Positions 23,092-36,363 of a stretch of DNA of 64,000 bases are shown here, in pieces. The translations under genes and the position numbers were made by a program. This DNA is from Diplonema japonicum (taxonomy: Eukaryota; Protista; Euglenozoa: Diplonemea), in the NCBI GenBank assembly GCA_964019335.1, contig OZ025698.1, positions 186,001-250,000 on the forward strand. The letters are read 5' to 3'. The notes beneath the pieces are model-generated. The model had not been told where the DNA came from. It worked only from the letters and a program-made list of their open reading frames with translations, and made no database searches. The stretch's first letter is position 1. Each line of letters starts with the position of its first letter.

Positions 23092-25075
23092 CTACATCTC
23101 GTCACGCGCCCTCTCAGACCCGCCGCTGAACCCCCCTTGCTGTGACTTGACGTGACTTTGGAGCTTAGGGCACACAGACACAGTATGCCCAAGACCACCA
23201 CAGAAGGCACACCCAGAACTCTTCTTGCCTTGCTGTGTGAGTGTAAAATTAAAGTGAGTTAACATACCGCAGCGTAAAGATCCTCAAGCGGGTCGCTGAG
23301 ACCCATCAAAACAGGCGGCACACACTGCTTAGCCTCCAGCAGCAAGTGCTTCAGGTCGAGCAATGCCGTTTCGGGGCAGCTTTTATTGATGAATGTTGTA
23401 GCAAGACCCGTCTTGCCGTTCCGCCCTGTTCTCCCAATGCGGTGCACGTAGTTCTCGATCTCCCTGGGCAGGTCGTAGTTGATCACATGCTGCACTTCGG
23501 GGAAGTCGAGACCCTGTGTCGTTGTGGCGTGTTATTCTGCATAGCATACCTTAGATGCAATGTCTGTCGCGACAAGCACGTCTGCACTGCGATTCCTGTA
23601 CCTCTTTATAGCCTCGTTCCTGTCCGCCTGATCTTTACCTCCGTGGATGGACACAGCCTGTGGTGGTGGTGGGTAAGTTTTTCAACACATACGTCGACGC
23701 ACTTTAACAGCAAGTACTCGTGTATGAAGTCAACGTCGTGCTTCCCTTCTGCAAAGATAAGGACTGGCGGCGCTGTTTTCTGCAAGCAGTCCAGCAGGTT
23801 GATGAGCTTCGCGTCCTTCTCAACGTACTCCACTTCTTGTGTGACGTCCAGATTCGCAGCGCCTGCACGGTTGACATTGACAGTTACAGGGTCGATGAGG
23901 GATGTGCGTGCGAAGTTTTGGATTTTCTTGGGCATCGTAGCCGAGAACATGACAGTCTGCCGCTGGTGGCGGAAGTGCTGGTACAAGTTCTTCAGCTCCT
24001 CCTCGAAGCCCATGTCAACCATGCGGTCAGCTTCGTCGAGGGCGATGAAGGTGCATAAGTTCAGATTGATGCTCTTCTTATTCAGTAGGTCGTTGAGCCG
24101 CCCTGGAGTGGCGATACAGGAGTGTATTCCCTGCGACAGGAGATGCGAGGTATCGCTCCCTTTCGTGCCACCGATAGCAGGGAGACATCGTAACCTGTTC
24201 TGCTTGAGGCTGTCCGCGATGGAGACGTAGGTTTCATGATGTTGCCAAGCGAGCTCTCTGCTAGGCGCAAGGGCCAGCGAGAGGGGGCCTTCGCCGCGTT
24301 TCAAAGGCATCATTTTCTCTTCTTGGTGGTTGAAGAGGATCATGGGCAGGACGAAGGTCAATGTTTTACCTGAGCCGGTGAATGCAACACCGATCATGTC
24401 ACAGCCTGAAAGAATAACAGACAGTCCCTGCTGCTGGATGGGTGTGGGCCGTGTGATCCCCTTGCTCTTGAGGACGGAGATAATCTCTTCAGGCGGCCTG
24501 AGGTCCCTGAATGAGAGGCATGGGTTGGGCACGTTGCGTCCTTCCACGACGATGTTGCGCTGCTCCCTGATGTGCTCAGCTTCTCTTTCTGTCATATCGC
24601 GTAGGTACTTCGGTGGTGTCCATGTGGTTGACATCCGTTCAGTGTACTTGACGTCGTGTGCCAAGTCGTAGACAGACTTCAGCTGCTTGCCGTCCAGTAG
24701 GAGCCTGTGCACTGCCTCCTGCTCCTCGCGTTCACGGTCCTCGAGTTCCTTCTCCTTCTTGTCAAGCGGGTTTGTGTTGTCGCTCACCCGCTTCTCTTCT
24801 CTCATCAGCTCCAAATTAATTTCCAGCAGACTTTTCTTTGCCCTCGGTCCTGATGCCCATTTGTCATCACCCTTCTCGGCATTTCGTGCAGCCTTGTCCT
24901 CATCGCTTCCTTTCCTTTTTCTGCCTAGAACTTCGTTCACAAAATCTTCTTTCCGCTTCTTCTCCTCCTTCTTCTGCTCATGCAGCTTCGTCAGGCGCTG
25001 CTCTTCCACTGCGCGCCTCACCGCCAATGGCACAAACATCTCATTGTCACTTTCTTCGGAATCACTGCGTGCCAT
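23092..25075 (-). CDS. DDX41: DEAD-box RNA helicase DDX41/Abstrakt; 3 introns
   Basis: [26 protein letters not shown]-terminal zinc knuckle [14 protein letters not shown]; introns 23658-23692, 23514-23549, 23233-23267. Confidence 0.93.
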
Positions 25076-25712
25076 CTTACCTAGTGGTGCTGTTGGTGAG
25101 GGTTTTTGAGGAACTTGCGGTAACACTAATATTTAAAAGTCCAATAGATCAGGTGTAGCAGTTGAATCCCATTTCCCACCCCCCATGTTACCTGGCAAAA
25201 CAAGCGCGTGGTCCACGTGCGCCTTCCTTTTGCTCACCAGCTGGTTGTTGCTATTTTTAACAACTTGCTGTTGTGTTGCGGCTGCTGCAGCTGGCATTCC
25301 ACCACCCACGAGTGTAATTACTGTGATAGCGATAGCACGTGAAACAAGGATAACAACGTACAAACAAGAAAATAGAAAAACGTATCACTAAAGAACCTGC
25401 ACTTCAGAACAGGTGGGTGTTACCCATACAGCCAACAGTCCCGACAACGGCAGACACTCCAATTCCAAGGCTTACTCGTTTCTTGTTCTGTAATCATGCT
25501 CAGATGCACTTTCAATTCCGAGGACGGGTGGGCGAGATTACTGGCAACGAACCATGTGCGGCGACATCAGGCAAATGACAACGGCGTCCTCACGACACAA
25601 CCTCTGCAACCCAGCACCTCTTTCTTGAGGAGGGCAAACGACGGCGGAAAAAAATGAGAATACAAAAGCAACCTCTCTCAGGAGCTGTTCGCATAGCTAA
25701 ACGGCAGAGCCT

Positions 25713-25777
25713 ACTGCGGGGCAGCAGCGATTTGTGTAGCGGCACTGCGGGGCAGCAGCGATTTGTGTGGCGGCACT
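25713..25777. repeat. Tandem duplication of a 31-bp unit in the striatin 3' region
   Basis: ACTGCGGGGCAGCAGCGATTTGTGTRGCGGC x2. Confidence 0.85.
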
Positions 25778-25791
25778 CAACAGACAGCTGC

Positions 25792-27733
25792 CTACTTGGT
25801 GCCCGTGTACCATGCGATGGATGAATCAGCGCCTGTGTTTTTTTGTGCTTTTGGCTTCTGCCGCATACCAGTAGTCACCACGATACCCCGTCCAGGGTGA
25901 TACAGGATAACATTCACACATTCTCCCAAGCGGTGCGTGTGTGGTGATGGCAATTTTTGTATAATTTTCTGTTGTTTAGGTGGGTTTTTCTTATTATTTT
26001 TCTTTTTTTTTTACTTGCCCTATAGCATACACTGGTTCTGTCAAGGGACAGTGCTAGTGCAGTCCCATCGTGCGAAACAGTAAAAGCGACGTCCTGTGCA
26101 GGATGTAAATGGCAAAAAGACGCAAACCTGTGCAAAATCTATAGATGTGATGGGGGCTGTGTGGGGCCCCGTACAGCTGATTATGCTACCGTCAGAAGGG
26201 TCGAAGAGCTGTGGTAGCTTAAATTTCTCTTGTAGTCTATAGTACCTGCAACTTGCCGTCTTGCGTGCCAATGCCACCGACCTTACCTGAAGGATGCATT
26301 GCCAGACAAGTTGGTCTTGAAGTGACTTCGCATTGCCACGTGAGAACCGCGGATGTCTTGGTGAAGACTGCAATGCCCGAAGCTGGGGAGGTGGGAGTAG
26401 GTGAAAGGTGAGTGTAGGTGACAATGAACCTTGTGGAGGATACATGGCAGTGGATGGGCGTAAACGAACTGCCAGCCCCCATGGACGGTGTTGGCGAGTA
26501 GTGCACCTCGGGGGCTATGTTAGAGCGTTCGCCTGACCATCTCCTCCACAGCAACATCCTACCGTCAGCACCCACGGAACCAAAGCAAAGCTCACCTGGG
26601 TCTGATTGAGCTAACACAGACAAGCCCCACACCGCATCGGTATGCTCTCGTAGAACGCAGAAACCTCCTATTTGCCCTTGGTTCTTGTCGGAATCGTGCG
26701 ACGATGTAGTGGACGTTGATGACGACGATGACGTAGGCATGACCCACAGTCTGATGGAACCATCTGCTGCTGCGGCAATCACTTCGTCTTTGTGTGCGTG
26801 GACAGCAAGCACAGGGGACGTGTGCCCCCGGAAGGTGGTGATTGGCTCCTCGCGTTCCTTCCCCTTCAGGACCCTCTTGGCGTCCCACAGCTTCACGACG
26901 TGGTCATCGCCGCCTGTCAGCATCAACGTGCCGTCGCCGCACCAACTGCCGCATCGAACTGACGCGAAATGTCCCCGCACTGTCGCACGGAGCTCCCATT
27001 GCTTCGATGTGCCGCTTGAATTGCCTTGGTTGGTGGGCGGCACGATGAGCTGGTTGGCTTGTGGCGATGGTGGACCCACCTCGTCGGGGGTGATAGGTGC
27101 TGTTGTTGACACGCGCAATCGGTGGCTTCGTTCCTTCTTGTGTTTAGGTGCCGTTGCCGCCGTTGTATGAACCTCTGTTGTCACAGAAGAAGGTGACGAG
27201 CTACGGCTGCTAATGTCAGAGTCTCTGGGCTCCTTGTTTGGGCTCAGCTCACTATTAGTATGATCCGTTTGGTGGAGTTGGGTGGTCTCCCTTGCTTCCT
27301 TCTTTTCACTCCATGCGTCGTGAGTCTGCTTTGGGAGCGGCTGGTTGTTGATGTGCCTCGAGGTGGTGGCGCACGGTGTAAGGTTCTCCTCCAGTGGCAC
27401 GTCTGTGTCGATCTTGATAGGCGGCAGGCTCTTATAGTCATTCTCGAACATAGTGCTTGTGTAGCTCCTGCGGTTGAGGTGCGGGACTGCATCGTACAGC
27501 TCTTGTGGGCTGCCACCTTGCTCTGTTACCTTCGCTTCAAGTATTTTGATTTTCTTATTTGCAATTTCTTCTTCCATTTTGGTTGCGCGGAGCATTCTCC
27601 TCAGTTGGTCGACTGAAGCGCATAGCAGAGCCTTCTCCGTTGTCCATTCTTCCCGTTCTTTATGGAATTTCCGCCACTCGCCCTCCATCCACGCAATAAC
27701 CCCAGAATATGTATACTGGGATATGTCCTCCAT
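25792..27733 (-). CDS. STRN: Striatin (PP2A B''' subunit): N-terminal striatin coiled coil + WD40; 4 introns in the 3' part
   Basis: YTYSGVIAWMEGEWRKFHKEREEW; WD40 repeats GH...LWD; spliced C-terminus HTHRLGECVNVILYHP...VTTGADSSIAWY matches the striatin end. Confidence 0.85.
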
Positions 27734-27808
27734 GTTGCTATAATACCCCCCCCGCTGAGGTGGCTGGTGTTGTCAGCATTTTTCCAAAAAAAGAATCATA
27801 ACGGAAGC

Positions 27809-29206
27809 TCAAGAATGAGAGGTCATGATGGAGTGCAAGCTCAACATGCACGTCCCCATGCCCCACAGTGGGATCAGTGCATAACCCTTCATGTGGCTTA
27901 GGAGCCCTCGCAGGTGCAACGCTCTTGGCGAGTTTTCTGCTTCCTCACCCTCCATCTTAGCATTCCGCATGAGCTGTGCGTACATGATAGGCGGGAAGAT
28001 GTACACCACACACGTGCCGAAGATAGCACCCTTGTACGCGAGGATGCGCTCTATTTTGTCGAAGGTGACGCCCATGACTGTAGTGGCAAAAACCAGACCC
28101 AGGGTGGTGAGGATCAGGGTGTTGCGGGGTGCTGTATTTGTAGTGACGGTCCCCGACGATGCCAGGGAGAAGATGGACTCCCTTGCAGAATGGTGTGCAA
28201 GAGGGAAGGTGAAAGCCACAACAAGGGCAAGGAGGACCCGTGCCTGGACCGCCACCGACCAGTCGGGAGAAAAGTTGAGAAGGATGCTGCCCTTTGTGTA
28301 CTCACCAAATGTGAGATACCCGCAAACACCCACAAAGAGGTAGATCGACAGGGAGAAGATCATAGCAAAGCCAACCACTAAGCCGAACCTAGAGAGGGAC
28401 CTGTTGCTGAGCTCTTGGTAAAACCGTGGCGCGTTGTAGTGGGCAGTAAAAGCTACATTCACAACAGGCACGGCAGCCCATGCTTGAGAAGTGATGGCCA
28501 CGTACTGAACTGTGTCGTATGCCTTGTCCCTGACGGTGGCAGAGGGGAAGGCGTCCGTGGGGCGTGTCACAGCAGTGGTGATGACAAGCAGAGCAGATCC
28601 AAAACAAGCTAAGAATGACACCAACGACGTCCACTTCAGACCCTCTGTGTTCCGCAGCAAGCTAAGCGGCAGGAACACAAAAAGAGATGTCGTACAGATA
28701 ACTATGTCCCTGTCCACCCGCAGGGCTCCCGTCTCCCCGCCTAAGAAATCACCGACAAGTATGACAAATGACACACAGCTACCTAAAGAGTACATAAGCA
28801 CGCAGACCTGCGCCACTGTACCGAACCCTTCGCCGAACGCCTTCTTCCCTATTCCGAGATATGTGAAAGAGTGCGCCTGTTCGCAGCACTCTGCTAGTAA
28901 GTAGTAGCACATCGAGTTGAGGATGCATGTGAAAGTGCAGACAAGGATGCCACCTAGCACTGACGAGCGCTTGACTGCCCATGGCATAGAGAAGAGTCCT
29001 GCACCTACCACGTTGTTGATTAGGTTGAGCGACGACGCCCACATGGGTGCTGTTGCATTTTCACTCCCGCCCCCGCTTGGACTGTCCATTTTCCCCTTCG
29101 GAGACACACTGATTGAACCACTGGGAACCCGGAGGGCAACATTCTTCACACCAGCCAAAGCAACAGCATGGTCTGGGACCTCTCTCACCGTTATTGTCGG
29201 GTGCAT
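27809..29206 (-). CDS. Amino acid transporter, AAAP/SLC38 family
   Basis: SSLNLINNVVGAGLFSMPWA, FTAHYN, GYLTFG, FTFPL; about 11 TM helices. Confidence 0.9.
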   Translation of the reverse strand: MHPTITVREVPDHAVALAGVKNVALRVPSGSISVSPKGKMDSPSGGGSENATAPMWASSLNLINNVVGAGLFSMPWAVKRSSVLGGILVCTFTCILNSMCYYLLAECCEQAHSFTYLGIGKKAFGEGFGTVAQVCVLMYSLGSCVSFVILVGDFLGGETGALRVDRDIVICTTSLFVFLPLSLLRNTEGLKWTSLVSFLACFGSALLVITTAVTRPTDAFPSATVRDKAYDTVQYVAITSQAWAAVPVVNVAFTAHYNAPRFYQELSNRSLSRFGLVVGFAMIFSLSIYLFVGVCGYLTFGEYTKGSILLNFSPDWSVAVQARVLLALVVAFTFPLAHHSARESIFSLASSGTVTTNTAPRNTLILTTLGLVFATTVMGVTFDKIERILAYKGAIFGTCVVYIFPPIMYAQLMRNAKMEGEEAENSPRALHLRGLLSHMKGYALIPLWGMGTCMLSLHSIMTSHS

Positions 29207-29756
29207 CCAACCTGTCTGTGAAGTGCAGAATGGGCAGAAAGGGAAAAAGTGTAATATGGATCTAGATAAGAACTTCTTTCTTTTTTTTTTTTTCATGTGC
29301 AACGTCTCGGCGACCCGTCAAAGGCTTCAAGAAGTCGTGACTTAGTCTTCAAAACTTTACAAGAGAAGGGGTGGGAGGGTGGGAAATTACAAAAAGAAAG
29401 GGGGGAAATAAAAAAAAAAAAAAGAAAGAGAAAACAAAACAAAAAAAAAGGACAAACAACAACAGCAAGGACAGGACAGAGAAGAGGCAATCAGACGACT
29501 CAGTTGACCCTTAATACCGCTATCACTGCCCTTGCTTCACAAGCAGCGCTCAAAGTAACGTGTCAGGGATACATTGAACAAGGGTGGCAAAGGTGATACA
29601 AACAGGGTCCTCATGCTGCCTAATTCACAAAGAAAACAGCAAAACGAGTGCTGGTGCAAGGAAATGCACAGAGAACAGCACTCAATGCAATCTAGCTAAA
29701 GAGTAGAGGGCTTTACAGGGGGAAAAGGGGGAGGAATGAACAAGTGATTCTATAGT

Positions 29757-32248
29757 CTAAGCTCTTGGGTAACGAAGCTCGTGCGTGACAGTAGGCCTTG
29801 CTGCAGTCAAAGGCGACGGTGAGCGTCCAGTACGGGTGGGCGACAGGTCCCTGTGGGAAGGTGTCGGTGGCTTAGCGAAGGCGGTGCCGTACACGGGTGA
29901 CACAGCGTGCTGGTCAGAAGCGTACTGCTGACCGAGGGAGGCTACTTGACCCAGAGCTGTATTCAGCGAGGACTGCAGCTGCCCCTGTTGTCCCCTCATT
30001 GAGCCCAGCTCCTTCTTCAGATTCGCGATCTCCAGCTCTTTGGAGGCAAGCTCCTGTGCAGCCTGCTCCAGAAGCCTTTCCTGCTCCCTCTTAGCTGCCT
30101 GGTCTCTGAGCTCGGCTTCTCTGTGCACCATTTCCATCTCGCGAGCTATCTTCTGCTTCTCTACGTGTGTAGCAGTAGTGTGCTCCTGTTCAAGGAGATC
30201 CTTCTGGCGGTTGGTTTGCTCCTTGAGCCTCAGCTCACGGTCTCTGAACTCGAACTCTTTCTGTGCCAAAGCCATCTCTTTCTCAGCGTGTTGCTGTGAC
30301 ATCTTTTCGTTCCTCTCCTGCTCATCTCTCAGCTGCTTCTCAAGCCTCTCGATGTGCTGCTGCAGAACGTTGATGCGCAACTCTAAGGCGACCTTCTCCT
30401 GGTGCACTGCTGTCTTGTCGTGCTTGAGTTCGTCGTGTTGCAGCCCCATTGAGACCTTGTGCTTCTCCGCCGTCTGGAAAGCGCTGCACCAATCCTTGAT
30501 CTCTTTGTCCTTCGCAACCAGCTCCTCTTTAGATCTTTGCAGCATTTCTTGCAAACGGAGAACCTCAGCACGGGCACGGCCCATCTCTTCCTGAAGCATC
30601 GCCTTCTCTCTCTCGATCTCTCTAATCTTCAGCTCTGCTTCATCGCGTCCAGCCTTCTGACCCTGTGTTAGTTGTGTCAGTATTTCTTGTCACCCAGTTT
30701 ATTTATACCTGCTTGTAACTGTCCTGGTGCAAGTCCAGCTGTCTGTCCTTCATGGCAAGCTCACCTGAGAATTGATCTTCTTTGAGCTTGAGACCCTGCT
30801 CTGCCTGTAGCCTCAGTTCCTTCTCCTTGAAGAGCTCCTCTGCGAGCTTTTCCTGGGCGGCCCTGTCGATCTGCTGTTGTCTGATCTGCTCACCTAGCTC
30901 ACCCTGCGAACGCTTAGCAGTCTCCGCTTCCACGGCAGCAGTGAAGCACTGTGAGTGTCGGTTGTGCTGTGTGTAAATACCTCCTTCCTGAGCTCGTCCC
31001 TCTCAACCTTAACCTGCTCATACAACTCCATAAGGGAATCAAAGTTCTTCTTTTCCCCAAGCAAGGCACGAATCTTGTCTTGTGCCGCCTCAAGATCCTG
31101 TTGTGTGGTGCTAACACTGCGCACGGCATACCTGACGCATCTGCTGCATGGCGAAATCGCTGTCTTTCTGGGAATCACGGAGCTGCTCGTATGTCGATTG
31201 CTTGTCCTGTTTGTTGCTATTAAAAGGAGTTCAGTAATACCTTCACGCTCGACTTCCAGTGGTCCTCAAGTTGCTGCCTGGCAAGTGCCAATGCTTCCTG
31301 CAGCTCTTTGATGTGCAAGTCCTTCTCCTGGAGCTTGACTTCAAGCTGAGGGTTGGATGCAGGTGCTGTAATCTGCTGGATAACAGGGGCAATGGGCTCG
31401 ATAGGCTGGATAGGCTGGATGACGGGCAGGCTTTGCGGTGCAGGTGACGATGCAGTGGGGGTCTGACCAAGGCGCTCGACGTACTTCTTGTACAGTGTAG
31501 TCTGCATTTCCAGCTCCTGCTGAAGACCACGGATGGTCGCCTCGTAGCGTGCCCGGTCGGATTCGCGAGCACGTTCTGTTTCTTGAAGGCGTGCGTCGGT
31601 CTCTCTCTGCATCTGTCTGAACTCTTCGACGGTCTTCATGGCAGCTGCTACCTTATCGTTCCCTTCCATGATCATCTGATCAGCTGCGGACTTTTCCTTG
31701 CTGATCTCGAGGATCCTCCTTGCAAGCTCCGCAATTCTCTGCTGCGCCTTTTCAGGGACCTCACCTCTTACCCTTTCGAGTTCTTCCCTTTCAAGCCTAA
31801 GCCTTTCCTGCTCACCTTTCTGCTCTCTCAGAGCTTCCTTCATCTGCAGGATCTCCTCTTCGAGCCTGTCGCACTCAGCCTCTTTGTTCTGCAAATGTAC
31901 TGCTGTGTCTGCCGTTCGTTGCGCGCATGTCTGTGCAACTTTTCTGATCTCATGCTTAGAGGCCTCGACCTTCTGCTGCAGTTCGTGGTTGAGCTTCCGG
32001 AGCTGGTCCATATCCTTGGCATGTTTCTCCTTCTCCCTTGCCATCTCGTATTTCTTATCTTGCAGCAGCCTGATGAGACCTTCATTCTCTTCGAAAGCAC
32101 GGTGCAGCTGTCTCTCCACCTCTGCTGCGCGTGCTTTGTTCCTGAGAAACTCAGTCAGGATCTGTTTGGCTCTCTCCTTTGCCTCTTCCTCATCAGTGTC
32201 GGAGACCAGACTCCCCACGGACGATGGCGCGGTCGGTTGGTATGCCAT
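29757..32248 (-). CDS. Long coiled-coil protein; 4 short introns
   Basis: ORFs 31220-32305, 30894-31178, 30703-30933 and 29757-30599 splice in frame via 32-46-nt GT-AG introns (e.g. 30949-30980). Confidence 0.8.
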
Positions 32249-33080
32249 GTTGTCTTCTGTGGTGTGTGTGTGTTGGCAGGACTGCAGAATAGAATGATGG
32301 GACACTATTTCTTTTTCCTTCTTTGATGAAACACGTAAACTCGCAGGTAGCTAACTAACAGAACAAAACATTTCTTTTTTTCCCCTTTCCTGCTTCTCCT
32401 TTTGGCGCGGTACAGCAAGCCACACCTCGAATGAACGACAAGAGACAGACTGGCTCCGCCGGGTGCGTGACTCTCTTGGATGTAGCTTTACACTGACCAT
32501 GCACAAAGACTGCAACTGACGACTGATACAAACTGAGAACGTCGGTAAGGACGCTAGGCCCATACGGACACTGGCTGAACTGTCCAACTCATGCCCGCAC
32601 TTAAGCACTTACACACAGGGGGATAGGAACAGGATAGAAAAGAGGCAGCAGGCAATACAAACGAAATGCGGGGCTTTCATCTGTGGGGAGGGAGGGGGGG
32701 AGGGGGAGAAGGGGGGGGTCGTAATAGCAAGTTGCACAGGCAGCCACTTCCACTTGAGCCATTTTCTTTCGCAGACACGCTCAACGTGGACAACACCTGC
32801 ACTGCAAGGTAGGGCACCTTTTGAACTGTTCTGTTAACCGTCAGGTGCTGCCTCACATGTATTTCTTTTTCTTTCTTTCTTTCGTTCTTTCTTTCTTCTT
32901 TCTTTCTTTTTTGGTTAAAAAAGCCAGCTGAACCGGACTGGATCTCGTGTCCTGTCCTAGTGCCAACACTTCACACTCAGCTCAAGCTCCACAATCCAAG
33001 AAAAGGCCATTAAACCGCTATTCCTGCGACCGAAACTCAAACGGGGAAAAAAAGGGGGGGGGGGGAAGCGGGTCACGCTG

Positions 33081-34288
33081 TTACAGCCCGAAGCCACGTA
33101 GTCTCTGCAAAACTATTTCATTGCTCGAGGTAGTGCGCGGGGCTGTGCACATCTTGCACTCTTGGCGCCTGCTAAAATTCACGTTCTGTTGTGTGTGTGT
33201 TTTAAGCAAACTCCTGCATACCTGGCAGGCCATGCAGAACCAGTCCCCGGGCCTGGGGGTACCACCGCCCGACCGGGGGAGCGCTTTGTCTTTTTCGGTT
33301 TCGCAGGTTTTACACTGCATCCTTTTCGCATAGTTCAAGTGCCCACACACCCAACAATCCCAGTCAGCCATCGGGTCCTGAGGGCCCCCTGTACCATTGT
33401 CATCGTTGCACTTCGGCCATACCTGCATGCTTCATTTGTTGGTAGTAGTCGAAGCCATAGTAGGAATCAGCAGGTGTGGAGGGGCCGGCACCCCAGCCAG
33501 CAGAAGACCCCATGAAGCCCATGCCGTGTGAAGAGTGCCTGAAGCTGTCAGCGTACGGGGAGTAGGACCTCGGTTGACCAAAGCCCGGCCCAGACCCGTA
33601 GGCATGAGGCATCTGTGGGTAGTGCACGTGAGAGTAACTGTGTTGTGACATCGCCGCCGCACCGCCTCTCGTGTACTGCAGTGGGTGCGTCATGAATTGT
33701 TTCGCCAGCATGGGGTTGAAGAGGCAGTGTCTGCAGTTCACCCTGCGCGACGGGTTGATACTCCGGCAGCTAGGGCATTCCCACTCAGATGTGTCTTTGC
33801 CTGCAGTGTACGAAGTTGATAGTTTTGCACTGCATACCTGGTGTTGGGTGTGCCAGCTTCATGTGCCCGCATGACATGCACTGTGCTCTCTTCGCGAAGT
33901 TGTGCACGCCACAGCCCTGACAGTACCAGTCTCCGCTTTTAAACACAACCTTTTCTTTATCCTCACCCTCCTCACCCTCTTCACCCTCTTCGGTTTCGTT
34001 TTCGTCTCCTGCTGGTTTCTCCTGCTCGCTTGCTTCTTCATTTATTTTGTCTTCATCATTTTTACTTATATTTTCTTCTTCCTTTTTCGTTATATTTTCG
34101 CTCTCCTTTACGTCGGTTGTTTTTTGTATTTTGTCCCCAGCCTCTTCGCCCTCTTCAGCTGCCTCCTCAACGTCTTTCACATCCTTTGCTTCTTCATCTT
34201 TTGTTTCCTCTACTTCCTTCACTTCTGGTGCCTCTACATCTTGTGCTTCAGACGGCACTGCTGGTTTCTCATTCTCAACGTCAGACAT
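33081..34288 (-). CDS. RanBP2-type zinc-finger RNA-binding protein (4 fingers, acidic N-terminus); 3 introns
   Basis: WxCxxCxxxNxxxRxxCxxC x4 once introns near 33802-33838, 33390-33423 and 33186-33221 are removed. Confidence 0.85.
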
Positions 34289-34421
34289 GTTTCTTGGTGT
34301 GTGGTGTGGTGTGGTGTTTCGCTTTTAACGTTGGTGACAATAACAAACAAAATAATTACAAAACACTGTGCTGTATCCTCGCACCATCTACACTACAACA
34401 GAGCAACACCCCCCTTTGCAG

Positions 34422-35135
34422 TTATGCTGCCCACGACGGCTTCACCAGCTTCTTGCCCTTTCCTCGTATGAAGTTCTGCGGTGCTGGGTTGTCATTTCCC
34501 GAGATGATGTTGTAGGCTGTGCCGCGTGGTGGAGAGGCAGCAGTGAGGGGAGATGAAGGGGTTGGGCCTGACCCGGCTCCCCCTGGCTGGAAGTAGGAGT
34601 TGTAAACCACAAAATTGTTGTTTTGGGGGACGTGGTTGTTGAGGTGGAAGTGCTTGCTCAAGAAAGAGAGCAGCTTTCCAGACGGTCTGTCGTAGCCCAG
34701 CTTGCGGGGCTGCACATCACCGTTGCTTTCCAGCATATAGTCGAAGAGAAGGCGTCCGATGCCCGACCTTTGGTAGTCCTCATGCACGTAGAAGTCTAGT
34801 ACGCACAACGGTTGGATCTCGTTGAGCTTTGCTGTCTCATTCCTGATGAACAGGTTCTTCTTTCCAACTTTTAATATTCCGTAGACGACCCCCCTGCTCC
34901 CAGCCATGTATAGTGTGTGGTCACTGCTGCACAGGAGTCCAGTACTCGTGATGACACGGCTTAGTCCTTGCGCCTTCATGCTTCTCACACCAAGTTCGTC
35001 CACTACACTGCATATCAATGCTCCGCACGCCGTGCGTTTCGCTTGTGCTAAGGTCCTTAAGTCCCACTTGCTGAAGCCCACATCATCGCCCGAGACATTG
35101 AACAACTTCCTTGCCTCTGCGTTCGGGATCTCCAT
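34422..35135 (-). CDS. ATAT1: Alpha-tubulin N-acetyltransferase (MEC-17/ATAT1)
   Basis: GILKVGKKNLF, PLCVLDFYVHEDYQRSGIG, YDRPSGKLLSFL, PQNNNFVVY. Confidence 0.95.
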   Translation of the reverse strand: MEIPNAEARKLFNVSGDDVGFSKWDLRTLAQAKRTACGALICSVVDELGVRSMKAQGLSRVITSTGLLCSSDHTLYMAGSRGVVYGILKVGKKNLFIRNETAKLNEIQPLCVLDFYVHEDYQRSGIGRLLFDYMLESNGDVQPRKLGYDRPSGKLLSFLSKHFHLNNHVPQNNNFVVYNSYFQPGGAGSGPTPSSPLTAASPPRGTAYNIISGNDNPAPQNFIRGKGKKLVKPSWAA

Positions 35136-36014
35136 GTTGAGAGTGGCAACTGGTTAGAATGTATTGTACAAAACTATGGCAAAGGTTTGAAACAGGGAAA
35201 GATTTGTTTTGTTTTTGTTTTTTTTTTCTTCTTTTTTTTTCTTTTTTTTTATAAATGAAGAATAAGAATAATTTGTTTCATAAGGTTTCCTTTTTTTTTT
35301 TTTTTTTTGGTTGTTTTTTTTTTTTTTTTTTTTTTTTTTTTCATTACTTCCATCGATTTCGATCTTGAAGACATAACTGGAGGAATGCATCCCTTCTTCT
35401 TCTTTTTTTTCCTTTTTTTTTTTGTTCACCTCCTTTTTTTTTTCTTTCTTTCTTTCTTCTTCTTTTGTTTCTTTTCTCTTTTCTATTCGTTACTGTTTTT
35501 TTATTAGGTTCGTGGCACCCCGTTATCCGCTAAGGCGACAGAGACACTCAGCTGACACGTTCATTTAGGTTTTGAAAGATACAAACCATCTGACCTAAAT
35601 CCCCAGCGGGCAGCACCCGTTCTGGAGCAACAGCAGCAATGTGCTTCGGGCTTCACGAGCCGTTTAAAGACAAGGCAACCAAAACAAAACATTTCTGTGG
35701 CGTTAGTGGGGAAGAGCTAGCTAAAACTCAAATGGAGAATTCAAACTAGTGGGAGGTCCGCCAGGAATACCCAACCACGGCCCGACCAGCCACTACCAAG
35801 AGACAGCCTACAGAAGCGTACTGTGACACTTCTCACCCAGCACCAACTCCAAAAAAAAAAAAAAAAGAATTCTACGTAAGGGTGGGGTAGGGAGCTAACG
35901 ACCAGATTCACATGAGGAGAGCCCCAATGAGCTCGTTTATTACTACTCTATCATACGGCATGTGTAGTGCCTAATAAGGAAAAAAAGGATTATCACTAAC
36001 ATGCTTCTATGAAT

Positions 36015-36317
36015 TCACAGGTTCGGAGACGAGAAACTTGGCCGTGGGGAGGAGGAGGGCGATGCTGCAGGCACGTACCGATCCCATGGGGAACCAGGGC
36101 TCGTCGCCTTGAAGGAGGGGTTGGAACTGTTGGGAGAGCTGACACCTTCCGGGAGGGGGCGCAACATTTCAGTGAACGGGACAGACTGCTGGGGAGAAAA
36201 GGCAAGCGGGCCCCAGCCGTCACCACCGAAGTCGTCACTATCGTCATCGTCGCTCTCTGCTGCGAACTTAACCGGCTCGTTGGTGCTGATCAGCTGCGGC
36301 GGCGCCATTTTCTTTCT

Positions 36318-36363
<46 letters not shown>

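Noticed and set aside
25133-25700. 76-aa ORF between DDX41 and striatin
   Set aside because: Non-ATG start and no homology signal; more simply a long 3' UTR.
35154-35510. Poly-K/poly-F ORFs here and at 44.4, 46.3 and 57.4-59.8 kb
   Set aside because: Homopolymer tracts, possibly inflated by sequencing error.
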